From positions 66,464,001-66,528,000 of the forward strand of contig NC_043001.1 of NCBI RefSeq assembly GCF_006345805.1: a DNA stretch of 64,000 nt. The letters are read 5' to 3'. This DNA comes from Octopus sinensis (Eukaryota). A model generated the notes under the pieces. That model worked only from the letters and a program-made list of their open reading frames with translations, searched no databases and had not been told where the DNA came from. Position 1 is the stretch's first letter, and each line of letters begins with the position of its first letter. The translations under genes were made by a program, and so were the position numbers. Shown here piece by piece: positions 10,640-22,637 of the stretch.

Positions 10640-11860
10640 TAGTTCATACTTCTTTTAATAACTGCCTCGTTTCTTTCCAGGTAGACTGACATCTCACTGT
10701 TTAAAGAACACTCCAAATGTACCTTGTAGCATTTTCTCTTGAAAATGGATAAAATTTGGCATTGTGATGTTATCAAGTACCTGCAGAAAAAGAATTTATC
10801 CCTGAAGAACATTCATGATGATATAGTTGCTACATTAGGGAATAATACTCCACTTTTATCCTCAGTGTAACAAGGGGCAGCTGAATTTAGGAGGGGAAGG
10901 GAGAGTCTTGAAGATGACCCAATGTCTGGACATCCTACGGTTGCCACCACCTAGCAAACATTGATGATGTTCACCATATACTGATAGATGACAGGCAATG
11001 ACTATAAATCAAATACCAAATGCTGTTAGTTTATCCCATGAGAGAGTTGAAAATATTCTGCACCACAAACTTGGCGTGATGAAGGTTTTTGCTCAGTGGC
11101 TACCACATCTTCTGACACCTGATCAAAAGCACTCCAAGCTGATCACATAATGGTAAAATTTGATACTGTTTGAGGCAGATCTAGCTGGTTTCCTTGAATG
11201 TTTCCTAATCCAGGATGAGTGCTGGCTTCATCATTTTGGACCAGAGACAAAGAGACAATCCGTGCAGTGGAAATACCCCTCCTCACCTGCTCCAAAAGAG
11301 GCCAAGGTTGTTTCCCCTGCAGGGAAGGTGATGGTTTTGGTGTTTTGGAGTGCAAAAAGCATTGTGTTTATTGACTATCTTGAAAAGAGGAGCACCAGCA
11401 ATGGAGAGTACTTTGCCAGCTTGCTGAGGCAGTTATGAAAGTCTATCAAGATCAAACCCAGGAGAACTGATGAAAGAGCTCTTGTTTCATCAGAAAATCA
11501 CATCCAGTGCACATCCTTGATTTCAATAGCTGCTGTGTGTGACAGTATCTTTGAACTGGTTAATCACTCTCACTATTCTCCTGATTTGGCTCCATCTGAC
11601 TACCATCTGTTGTCCAACATGAAAACCTGCTTGACTGGTAACTAGTATCACAGTGATGATGACATCATATCTGCTGTTGATGTCTTTTTTAACCAACAAG
11701 ATGAAAGCTTCTTCACCAATAGGATCCAAGCACTACAACACTGATCGAAGAAATGTGTGGACAACAAGGAGAACTATGTTGAAAAATAAACCTCAATTGG
11801 TCCCATTCCATGAGAGTATGTTTGTCAGTCTATAAATTTTCAGCTGACTCTCATGGCATA
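10640..11860 (+). mobile_element. Mariner transposon with near full-length decayed DD34D transposase
   Basis: MDKIW..VIKYLQKKNLS..., EFRRGRESLEDDPMSGHP, QDECWLHHFGPETKRQSVQW, AGKVMVLVFW, YSPDLAPSDYHL; multiple stops. Confidence 0.9.
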
Positions 11861-11987
11861 CATACACAGCCATGCATTCACAGGATGCATATGCAGGCAT
11901 GAGTACATGGATATGAATATACAGGCACACATATGCATGCCTGCATTTATACATGTGTATGCATGCACACATTTGCATACACATATA

Positions 11988-12861
11988 CGAAGTGGTATCA
12001 AAAAAGTTCCCAAACTAATTCTTTAGCATGCCAACAGATGGTAGCTCATGGTTGTGTGCACAATGAGAGCTAGCAGTGACCTTTCTGAGGTAGTGTGCCA
12101 AGTGGTATTGTTGTGTTTACTTCGCAAGTTGTGAAATTTGTGTTTTTGTGATTATATGTATGCTGTAATTTGTGATTTTGTCATGGACAGGAACAAAGAA
12201 TCAATGAGAAATTTTGCGTTAAACTTGGGAAGTCTGCTACAGAGACATTGAGCATGCTTTGGCAAGCTTATGGCAACAAGGCAAAGGGTTGTACACAATG
12301 TTTCAAGTGGCACAGGTGCTTCAAAAGTAGAAGAACATCCCTGATTGACGATGAACAATCTGGAAGACCTGCCATGAGTGTCACTCCCAGAAATGTGGTA
12401 TTGTGCAGTGAGAATTCATCCCCCGGGGCCAGACCATCAGTTGAAGCATATGAGGGAGGACATTCATCGAAAGCAGCTAGATCTGTGGAGCATGAAGAAT
12501 AAGATTTTTCACCAAGCTCTCCTCACTCATGAGTTCTCACCAAAAAACAACAGTGTATTGCTTCCACACCTGCTCTATTCACCAGATCTAGCACCTGCAG
12601 ACTTCCATCTCTTCCCCAAGATGCAAAGGCAGTTCAAAGATCACCGTTTTAACACTGTTGTTGAGATCCAGAGCAAATCATAGAAGGTCCTCGACTTGCT
12701 TACGGAAAACAACTTCCAGGCAGGATTCGAAAAGGGGCAGGAACACTGGGATCAGTGAATAGCTACATAAGGTGACTTTTTCAAAGTAGATGGTGTTAAA
12801 ACTTACATAAGTTATTTTTTATTAAACAAAGCTAGTCCAGGAATCTTTTGATACCACCTAG
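11988..12861 (+). mobile_element. Internally deleted mariner transposon
   Basis: TA|CGAAGTGGTATCAAAAAAGTTCC...GGAATCTTTTGATACCACCTAG|TA TIRs. Remnants KLGKSATETLSML...WHRCFKSRRTSLIDDEQSGRP and YSPDLAPADFHLFPKM. Confidence 0.9.
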
Positions 12862-13658
12862 TACACACTTGTACACATACACTTACACACATATACTTAC
12901 ACATGTGCATAAAATCAAAGTAATTGGGTTTCTGCTAGTGATGTGTTCTTTTTCCCATGATAGTCTGTGTTCTGTCAGAGAAGTAGATTTACAATGTTTT
13001 TTGTGTTTAAACAAATTTAAATGGGCTGTGTAGAATTAACAGTAGTTCCAATATAAACTTTGATGGAGTTTTGGAGTCTGTTTAGGACTGAATACTTATA
13101 TACAAACCTTGGGTTTAATTAACTCCTCGACTATGGGAATATACCAAACACATCTATTTTTCACCCTAGACAATCCCTGGGTGTCTCAAAAAGCTGGTAA
13201 CTACTAATATCCTCAATTGAGAATATTCTACATTTCTATATTTTCTTATTTCTCTCTTTCTGATGATGGAATACTTATTTTACATGGCATTCTTTACTTA
13301 ATAACATATGATCCACCTGCTTAGCTATTCTAGAAACAGCAGTATGAGACTTTACATTATTATAACTATTCTGTACTATGTTTATATTATAAATTAAATG
13401 TTCTAGAATGATGCCAAATATTTTGCTTGTTCATTATCAGTTTTAATGAATATCTACTTGCACATTGATGAATCACTTCTAGCCACCTTTGATAGACAAT
13501 TTTAGCACCAAATTTTTCAATTGCGGTTCAAGACAGTTCTAGTAGCAAGCCAAACTGAGCACTCATAGTACGTACCTACTACATTACGTCAGTTTATGAA
13601 AATATTTTGTGCATATGCTATACATACACAGACACACACACATATACATACATACATA

Positions 13659-13666
<8 letters not shown>

Positions 13667-13695
<29 letters not shown>

Positions 13696-14025
13696 TTCAT
13701 TTAACATCCGTCTTCCATGCTGGGATGAGTTGAACAGCTTGACTGAAAACTGGTAAGCTGGGGAGCTGCACCAGGTTCCAATCTGATTTATCATGGTTTC
13801 TACAGCTTGGTGACTTCCTAATGCCAAACACTCCAAGAGTGTAGTGGATGCTTTTTACATGCCACCAGCACGGGTGCCAGTTATACAGTGCTGGCATTAA
13901 CCATGACTACAATCTCACTTGTCTTGGCAGGTCTTCTCAAGCACAATATATTGCCACAGGTCTCGATCAATTGTCACTACCTCCATGAAGCCCAAATCTC
14001 CAACACAGTCATCTCTCTTGCACAC
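13667..14025 (-). mobile_element. Short RTE 3' fragment with (GAT)n tail
   Basis: (CAT)n at 13660-13695, the conserved RTE terminal ~200 nt, and DRDLWQYIVLEKTCQDK* on the minus strand. Confidence 0.75.
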
Positions 14026-14378
14026 CACATGCAAACATACATACATATATACATATATACAGACATACATATGTGTATATACATACATACATGCACACAA
14101 ACAAACAAAAAGAACACAGCTCCGATAATGGATAGAGTCAATGATTATTGAAGAGGTTGCAAGAAGCAACGAAAATTTTAGAAAAAATTAATAAGTAAAT
14201 GATTGGAAATCGAACCGGTGAGTGTGTCAATTAATAAAGCATTAAAGCAGAATGACTCACCCCAGAAACAATAAAGAATCTTGCAAACCAAATACAAAAA
14301 CGAAATATATATGAGAGAGGGAGAGCGAGAAATGGATGGGAAAGCAATATTCAAAATATGTATCTATATATATATATA

Positions 14379-16061
14379 CTAGCATTATGACCCATCGTTG
14401 CTGGGCCATAGTGCTAGTGCACTATATGTGTATATATATATGTGTACATATTACATGTACATCTATATATATACATCTACACATAAAATACAAAATACAA
14501 AGTTATATCTTGATATCGCTAGTGATAACAATACTCAAAATATATAACAGACTGGAATTGTAGGCCCGTCTCTTGCAATTTCGATCAATTGTATCTTGTC
14601 CTCCCTCTTGTATAGCAGTGTGGCTACAATCCAGCCTACCTCTACTTCTGGGGGGACATTTTTAATTTTTATCCTACGTCCCAGATATAAAGGTAAAAAT
14701 AAAATATTTCCACTTTGCAAGGTTCGAGTCGAGTACTCCCTTGCACGCTCCGTTGACTTGAACCTTGCTTCTATTGTGGCGAATTTACCGCCTCTGGTTA
14801 GATACTTGATATCTTTCATAGTCGCACAAGACACTTTTCGATGGTGCTTTCCTCCAGGTGTTCAAATCTTTTTTTTTCTCTACATTGTATACTTTATAGA
14901 CAATAGTCTTTTCTTTAATTTAATTTTTTATTTCGTTTGGTGGTGTTATCCTAGATTCACTGTCTTTGTCGGTGATCAATCTAAAATAGGTTTGTATTTC
15001 TTTCATTTTAATTTTAATGAGTTCGCGCCTGCCGACGGCTGCAGCGAAATTCATTTTTGGACTTTCTTCTATCGAAGACATTCTAACAAAAATGCTTCCG
15101 TATAAACAGTGAAAATATTGTCAATTTCCCCAAACAGGGACACAATTCAATTTTTAAACAATAACCAAAGCTCCTTCTCCCAAAGGGTTACAGTTTACAA
15201 TTATTTAACAAATGCAACACAACAAACGTGATAACAATAGTTAAACAGTAATAATAATAACAACAAACCTTACGGTGAATCAAAAAACAGTACGCAGTTG
15301 AAGCTATAGTCCTTTATTTATAAGAAATAAACCAACAGCAGTACTCAGTAAAAGCGGCTGTTCGAGAAAACAGACATTACATACAGCCAAACTTCATATA
15401 GATACTTAATGCAAGCTAATTAGCAGATAATCTAATGTAAAAGCCGTGGTAAACAGCATGTGCACAGCTTCATCTGGACTATTCCATTTCTGCACACTAA
15501 TTTTATTCTTAATTTATTTCCATTCATGTGAAACCACTTATTCAAGTTTAAGTCATTGATGCAATTTTATACCAATTGCTATTTTTACTTTTGTTATGTT
15601 ACGATTATATTATACTTTAGTTTGATTTTAATTATTACTTACTACATATAATTCAATTGTTATTATTATCTCTAATTTTTATTGCTAAAGGGAAGTAAAA
15701 TAGAGAAATGTTTTTGTTTCACTTTTAACACATAATGCTGAAATAGTGGAGAAGATATGATATTGTTATGGGCTCGCCCTAGGCAAGAAGTTGAACATTT
15801 CTTTTGCCCATGAAACTACATGGCCCCTAAGTAAGGCATGTGTAAAATTTGAATGAAATTGGTTGTGTAGTTCTCATGTTTTAGGGAATCGTAGTGGAGA
15901 AGATATGATATTACTGTGGGCTCGCCCTAGGCAAAAAGTTAAAATTATTTTTTGCTGATGACACTCCCCAGGCATGCATAAAATTTGAATGAAATTGGTT
16001 GTGTAGTTCTCAAGTTTTAGGGAAACACACAGACACACATTCTCAGTCGTATATATATAGA
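14379..16061 (-). mobile_element. Complete non-autonomous Helitron (~1.7 kb) with captured cargo
   Basis: Minus strand starts TCTATATATATACGACTGAGAATG (16061) and ends GGCCCAGCAACGATGGGTC hairpin-ATAATG-CTAG|T (14379). Body matches 59906-60870. The 5' region is partly duplicated (15740-16060). Confidence 0.85.
14560..15081 (-). pseudogene. Captured LINE ORF1 (gag-like) N-terminal fragment inside the Helitron
   Basis: MSSIEESPKMNFAAAVGRRELIKIK... continues through stops and frameshifts into ...LPLYLGRRIKIKNVPPEVEVGWIVATLL, similar to the xAAAV start and the V.L.NVPP motif of Tx1/L1-type ORF1. Judged by eye. Confidence 0.5.
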
Positions 16062-16319
16062 GACATACATTACGCACACACACACACACACACACATATT
16101 AGATCTTATATGTCCTCACACACATGCACATGCATACACATATATACACATTCACCAAATAGGTAAATATAAATAAACATAAATGCATACATAGAACAAT
16201 ATAGATGCAAACATACATATATACTAGTGTGGACACACTATCTTTAAGATAGCTTGCTTTACTTTGAATTGATATCATTGTATCATATATTTCTATAGTT
16301 TATATGCATAAGTATACAT

Positions 16320-16860
16320 ATGACAACATACCTACACAATTGTGCCCACTACCACATTTGTTTCCTCATAACTTCCAGAAAAATCGATATTTTTTAATGA
16401 AAGTTTCTACAAATATGCTTCAGATAATGTAGATTCTGATTATATTAGAATATGCTGTAGAGCAATTTTTCTGGTGGAGTGGGGAGATGAGTTTCAAAAA
16501 ATCACACTTGATGAGAATAGGTATTTTTTCATGAAATTTTCTACAAATATCTTATAGAGTGTGTAGATTACGATTATATCAGAATTTAATGTTGAAAAAA
16601 CTGTAGATACACATACATACTGGCACACATTACAATTTTTCGAAATTTTTAGTTTCATTTTGTAGATATTTGTGATGTGTGTCAGGATTTATGTGTACAT
16701 GCTATACAAGAAATTTTTCATATTAAATTTCAATATAGACGTAATCTATAGATTCTGAATGGTATTTGTAGAAAATTTCATTTAAAAATATCCATTTTTC
16801 TGGAAGTTAATAGGAAACAAAGCCAGTGGTGGATAGGTGCACATGTGTAGGTATGTCATG
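16320..16860. mobile_element. MITE with ~100-bp imperfect TIRs
   Basis: ATGACAACATACCTACACAATTGTGC...AACTTCCAGAAAAATCGATATTTTT pairs with AAAAATATCCATTTTTCTGGAAGTT...GCACATGTGTAGGTATGTCAT. Confidence 0.75.
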
Positions 16861-16971
16861 CAGAGAAATATAAATTCTTGTAGTCTGGTCATGAACACTT
16901 TGCTCTAGTCATTACTGTGTATCATTGCATATGCATTACCAGAAGTCATGCATTCTTTAAAAATTATACTG

Positions 16972-16999
<28 letters not shown>

Positions 17000-17018
<19 letters not shown>

Positions 17019-17960
17019 CAAAATTGGACAAGAATGCAAAACATCCGGACAGCAAGATTAAACAAAAAGGGACAACAAAACATCCAGATAGACAATACAA
17101 AGAAAACAAGGACGGGTCATTCGAAGTTTTCTTTCCTCAGTCAAGCACCAGATTATCCTCGCAATTTCGGCTGATTATATATATATATATACATATATAC
17201 ATATACCTAATTTGTATTAACAAGTAAGTTTTTTATATACCCGTGTGACTCTCTCTCTTACCTTTATTCTTTCCCCTTTTCTTTCTCTCACCCTCTCACT
17301 TCTATTCTAGCCTTTCTACTTACTCCTTTTTCTCTCTCTCTCCCTCTTGTATTCCTAGTCTTTCTCCTTTTCCTTCATCCCTTTCCTTCTTTTTCCGTCA
17401 CTCTCTTTCTCGCTGTCTTTCTCCTCTATCTGCTGCTGTCATGTGATCAGTGGCCTGTTCCCCTTTCCCTTCCTTTCTTACACTGCTTCACATAGCTGAC
17501 CAGTTGCAAATTCTCTGTCTCTCTGTTCTCTATCCTTCAAGACATTTTCTAAGCTTTACATACTATTCTCGTCTCCTTCGCTCCAAGGCCGTATTTTGTT
17601 CAACTGTTTGTCCTTGTCCACCGTCCTAAATCGCTCTTTCTGTCATTTTGCTTGTTTTGCTTTGTTTGCTCTCATCTCTAATTCTCTGCAAGAAAACATT
17701 TTTTTGCTGGCACTGCCAATTGGGAAGCACTCAGTCTTATCATTAAAAGTATGAAACTGAATATTACCAATTGGTCAATAACTGATGAAGAATTACAGAC
17801 TTTCTGTTTGTCTCCCGTTGGTTTTTACATTCAGTATACCTTATGTCGTTTGTTTATTTACCATACATTTTTTCATTTATTATATATATATATTATAAGT
17901 ACATGTAATAGTGTATGGATGAAAACATATAGCCTAAGAATGAAGTTTAAACACTTTTAT
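17000..17960. repeat. Unclassified interspersed repeat, possibly PLE pLTR-like
   Basis: (TA)n-bounded. Shares CAAGTAAGTTTTTAT plus a long pyrimidine tract and ACAATACAA.GAAAA motifs with the 49.6-50.3 kb unit. Confidence 0.3.
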
Positions 17961-17992
17961 TAGACTGAATCTTCTTAAATGCATTATTCTTT

Positions 17993-18195
17993 TCTACTCT
18001 AGGCACAAGGCCCCAAATTTGGTGGGAGGGGACTAGTCAATTAGATCGACACAACTGGTACTTAATTTTTCGACCCCAAAAGGATGAAAAGCAAAGTTGA
18101 CCTCAGTGGAATTTGAACTTAGAATGTAAAGATAGACGAAATACTGCTTAACATTTCGCCTGGCATGCTAACAATTCTGCCAGCTCACCGCCTTT
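17993..18195 (-). mobile_element. tRNA-derived SINE (family A)
   Basis: Reverse complement reads GGCGGTGAGCTGGCAGAA...GTTCAAATTCC...TTCATCCTTTTGGGGTCG...GGCCTTGTGCCTAGAGTAGAAAAG. Confidence 0.8.
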
Positions 18196-18659
18196 CTTAA
18201 ATGGATTATTAAAAGTAATTTGGATGAATTGTGTATAATAAATAATGTTTATCGTTAAAACAAATTGCTTTGTCACTTACAAAATAAATACCTCTGGAAG
18301 TAGGTTCAATATATTAGTCTATTAATGACTGGCTGAATATATAGTTTAAAGAGAAACTGAGCAGGAAAGAAAAAAAATGAAGAAAATGGAAGAAATTAAA
18401 GGAAAAAAGAAGAAAGAAGATATTTAAATACTCATATGATCAGTCTGTAGGTGTATGTATGAATACTTGTTTGTTGTGCAGATGTCATTTGTGTGTGTAT
18501 GTATAGGCATGCCCATGCTTATAGTTAGTGTACTGACAATCTCACCACTCCTACTATCTACAATTCATCATTTCTTCTACTTCAGTCAACTTACTGAATA
18601 TTCAAAATTACTCCTTTGTCAATTCTTTAGTCACTTCCTTACCTGTTTGGTAACTTAAG

Positions 18660-19700
18660 GAGCCCTCAATGATGAAAGGAAGTATTGAAGAAAGAAAAGT
18701 GAAATTAAAGAGAAATTAAAGTATGAAGGAACAGATTTATTGTTATGGGAGTAGTAGTGGAAAGAGTAAGAGGGAAGACACTATGGGGGTGAATAATGGA
18801 AGTGTAAGAGTAGTGTTAGTGAGAGAGAAAGTGAGAGAGAGTGATAAGGATGGTGGAGTGGATTGAGTGGGAGGAGCCAGTACCAGCCTGCATATAAAGG
18901 GTGAATTATTGATAGGTGGGGTATGAAAAACTGAAGATGAATTTGAATAGGACCAGAAAAACTATGGGAGAAGATCAATGAAAGAAAGAGGAGTGTCATG
19001 GAGATGTAGGGATATGCCAGGGATAGGGAGATGATAAGGTGGGGGAATCAAGGGGAGAGAGTCAGTGAGGGAAGGAGTGGTAGGGATAGAGTAATAGTAG
19101 ATGAATGCAATTAGAGCAACTCAGCTACTTTTACTTCTTAATGTTCTCTTTGCAATGCTTGCGAGTATATGGGTTTTCTCCCACAGCTTATGTTGCCAAT
19201 CACCATGGTCCCTTGTGCTCTCTTTTGAGAGGTTTAGCACTTTGGGACAAATGTGCATCGTTTTACCTTAGTCTTCCTGAGTCTTCTTTTTCCACAGTCC
19301 CCATCAAGCACTCAGCACTTTCATGCAGCTGTCATCTGCCAATACCACTGTAGTCTTCTCTCTGGTAAACTGCATTGAGCTTTCCTCTTATGTTATTTGC
19401 TATCCATTATTCATGCACACTGGCATTACACCTTCATCAAAGCATGCTTACTTCATTTCTTTCAAGTTTTTATAAATATTCTGTATGTAGTATTATACCT
19501 TACATACAATCTGCCCCTCACTTTCAGGGAGAGGCTTTTTGTTACCAACAAAGGTAGTAGCTCCCTAATCTTTCTGCAGCTCTGGTTACTATGCCTTTGG
19601 AGCACCAACCCTCACTGCCAATTAGATCACCTACATAACAGAAACTACTGACTACTTCCAGGGACCCATCAGGCAAGTTGAGAGAGTCTATTTCTCAAAG
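18660..19700 (-). mobile_element. Old RTE-subfamily LINE 3' remnant
   Basis: Minus-strand 19500-19590 reads KIRELLPLLVTKSLSLKVRGRLY (compare KFRELLPLLVTKGLSLRVKGRLY in young copies). Followed by a pyrimidine-rich 3' region. Confidence 0.6.
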
Positions 19701-19919
19701 CAAGTGGGGTGATAATTATGAAATGCATTCATATCTGCTACATATGAAGGCTTCATTTGCTGTTAGTCTGCCTATGGCATCACTGCATCTGTTGTGCATC
19801 CACTATTTGTGTCAGTACACTAGGTAGAGGTTTTGCCAACTCCTTTTTTGCATACCATGCACAGCCAATTCCTTAAATAGGTGCCACACCTGCACTGATG
19901 TAAGTATCTGTGTGTATAT

Positions 19920-20075
19920 GTGCCAGTGACATATTAAAGACACCTGTGCCAGTGACATATTAAAGACACCTGTGCCAGTGACATATTAAAGACACCTGTG
20001 CCAGTGACATATTAAAGACACCTGTGCCAGTGACATATTAAAGGCACCTGTGCCAGTGACATGTAAAAGACACCC
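19920..20075 (+). repeat. 26-bp minisatellite, 6 copies, within an RTE-tail-type element (~19880-20215)
   Basis: GTGCCAGTGACATATTAAAGACACCT starts at 19920, 19946, 19972, 19998, 20024 and 20050. Followed by an RTE-like terminus ...GCATGGAAAACAGATACTAAATGATGAT. Confidence 0.9.
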
Positions 20076-21559
20076 AGTACACTCTACAGTGTGGTTGACA
20101 TGCAGGGCAACCAAGCCAAAACAGACTGGAGCCAGGAACAGCTCTCTGACTTACCAGTTCCAGTTAAACTGTCTAACCTATGCCAGCATGGAAAACAGAT
20201 ACTAAATGATGATAATATGTATGTATGTTTTCATAAAACTTTGATCAGCCCAGGGTAATTGTTGAAGACATTTGCTCAAAAAGCCACATAGTAGGACTGA
20301 ACCCAAAACATGTATTTGAGAAGTAAATTTCTTAATGCACACCAAATAATGTATAAACAGTCATTCTTGCACCTACAAAGTCATTCTTTCATAAAAACTG
20401 AAACATTGATTCTTGACATAAGTACAGGGTCTTTGACTCATAAAAATTAAGAAATGGTAAGTGATGATGGTATTAATAACAGAAACAGTACAACAAATAT
20501 GAAACTACATGAACAATCCTTGAAAGTAGGTATGTAAAAATATTCAACATACGTAGAGAGCCATATACATATATACATATATGTAATAGGTATCACTGCT
20601 ACTAATAGACACAGTGAATGAATGATTGATCCACTGGAATTCTTGGAATCAATGATTGTATTGTTCACAAACTGAGGTATAAAATATGTGATAAATTTCT
20701 GATGTTACTGTGTCTCACATACACAAACACACACACACACATACACACACACACCCATTAATACAAATAAACAGACATAGAGTTACTGACCTGTTATAGT
20801 TGCTAGCATAGAAGCTATGTAGCTTGGAAGTTTGTTTCACAACTTCATAGATTCAATTTCATTATGTGGTACTTTGAACAAGTATTTTCTACCATAACTC
20901 CAATAAAACAAAAATGAAACTTGGTTGATAGAAACTTAAGAATTTCTATAAAAGTACCATTCCTGTTCATGAGTGTTAGATTTAACATTTCACCCAGTAT
21001 ATTACCACCTGGTCCTTGCAAGGGGTTCATTCTGTTAAAAATTATCAAGACCAAGCCTTTGGTAAGGGAACTTCTTTCCTTCCCTTCACCAGTCTCAAAA
21101 ACCCTGAAAGAATGGTCATGCAAAAAAAAAAAAGACAAATAACAAATAAATGTTTTAGATTTGATTTTGCTGTTATTTTATAAATTATCAAACTAAAATT
21201 GATTTCTAAGACAGACACAAGATCTCTGATTTTAATGTGCAGAGAATAAATTGATTAAATAGATCCCAGTAAATAATGATACTTTATTTCATTGACCAAA
21301 GAGCATGTAAAGCAGATGACTGCCAGGAGAATTTGAACTCAGAATTTAAAAAGTTATATTTAAAGGAAATCTGGTATGTCCCTTTTGAGGAATTGGAAGT
21401 TTCCCTGCTCTTTTTTTTCCCGCTCGCTGACAACATAGAAGGAATATGTTTACATACTTATAATTTTCTATCACAGCAGAAAGTTTTCTAATATTTAATG
21501 ATGACGACGACGACGATCTTATTGTATAAGGTGCTCAGATATATTACAAGGATAAAATG

Positions 21560-22600
21560 GTAATATGAGAGAACAAAACAGCAATAATTCTAGTTAAAAA
21601 AGACAGCAATGAAAGCCAAAAGTATATGCACAGTACACAGGGTAAAGCACAAAAATAAAGAAAAGTGAACTGTAAAAGAGCAATAAAGAGTAAAGGGTGT
21701 ATAGGTATATCAAAAATAGTGGTGGTGAATTTCAGGAAGTATTGAATTTTTGGAGAATGCAGTCACCTGACAGCTAACATCTGAAGTGAATATTTCATTC
21801 CATGCTTCAACAATTTTGTGTTTAATGAAAAATATTTCCAAAGTCATGAGTACTGTGATGTTTTTTATTTTTATTTATAAACATATCCATAGATAGTAGA
21901 GATATTGCATACAAAAGTAACCAAATTTGGATTATCTTGGAGGCTTCTAACAAGGCAGCTGCTAAATGTTGAAACATTAATGTATCAATACCCAGAGAAG
22001 AAAAACATTCAAGATATGATAAGTGACAGATGGAGGGTATTCATCTAGTTGCACATCTCTGATATCTTCCAACAGATTGATATCTTGGACAAGATTAGAG
22101 TTCTAGACTCAAAATACAATCTGCAAGTGTGGACATATAGCTTTAAACAGATAGTAGGTGAGTGACTAACAAAAGTCTTCTTGAGTGATGTTAAAATACT
22201 TTCAGCCATTGTGATGATTTTAGAAATGTGGTTTGTCGAATACAGATCATTGTTGACAATAATGCCTGGGTCATATTCAACTGCAGACTTCTTAATGTTG
22301 ATGTTGTAAAAGGAGTAGATAAATTCCAGGTTTTTCTCCCAAAAAGCTATAGTGGTGCATTTGTCTACTACCAGCTTGAGTTGTCAGTTAGCAATCTATT
22401 GCTGCATTGTGTTCAGGTCAGAATGCAGGAAACATCTATAGCATATATAGGATCCATTCTTTTTATCTCAATACTGTTTAATGTCATTGCCATATTTTAA
22501 CTCAGTAAAATGCTTCAAGTTAACTATTTTGTTAATATATGCTAATTTTTGCAATAAACATGTGAACAAGAACAGATCCCTGCAGGACACCAAATATCAT
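21560..22600 (-). mobile_element. Old CR1/L2-group LINE RT C-terminal remnant
   Basis: Minus strand gives fragments such as DLNTMQQ..QLKLVVDKC and YDPGIIVNNDL..TNHISKII, matching the post-RT region of CR1/L2 ORF2. Confidence 0.6.
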
Positions 22601-22637
22601 CACATAAAGTACAGAATGTTGTCTTCGTATTATGACA

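Noticed and set aside
17100-17170. Hammerhead-like CTGAGGA-AAG(AAAA)CTT-CGAAT on the minus strand
   Set aside because: GAAA, the UH site and stem I do not fit; too degenerate to call.
20791-21103. Minus-strand exon with good acceptor and donor overlapping ORF 20845-21138
   Set aside because: No recognisable protein; the only long frame stops before the donor and the others have many stops. Could be non-coding or a decayed TE.
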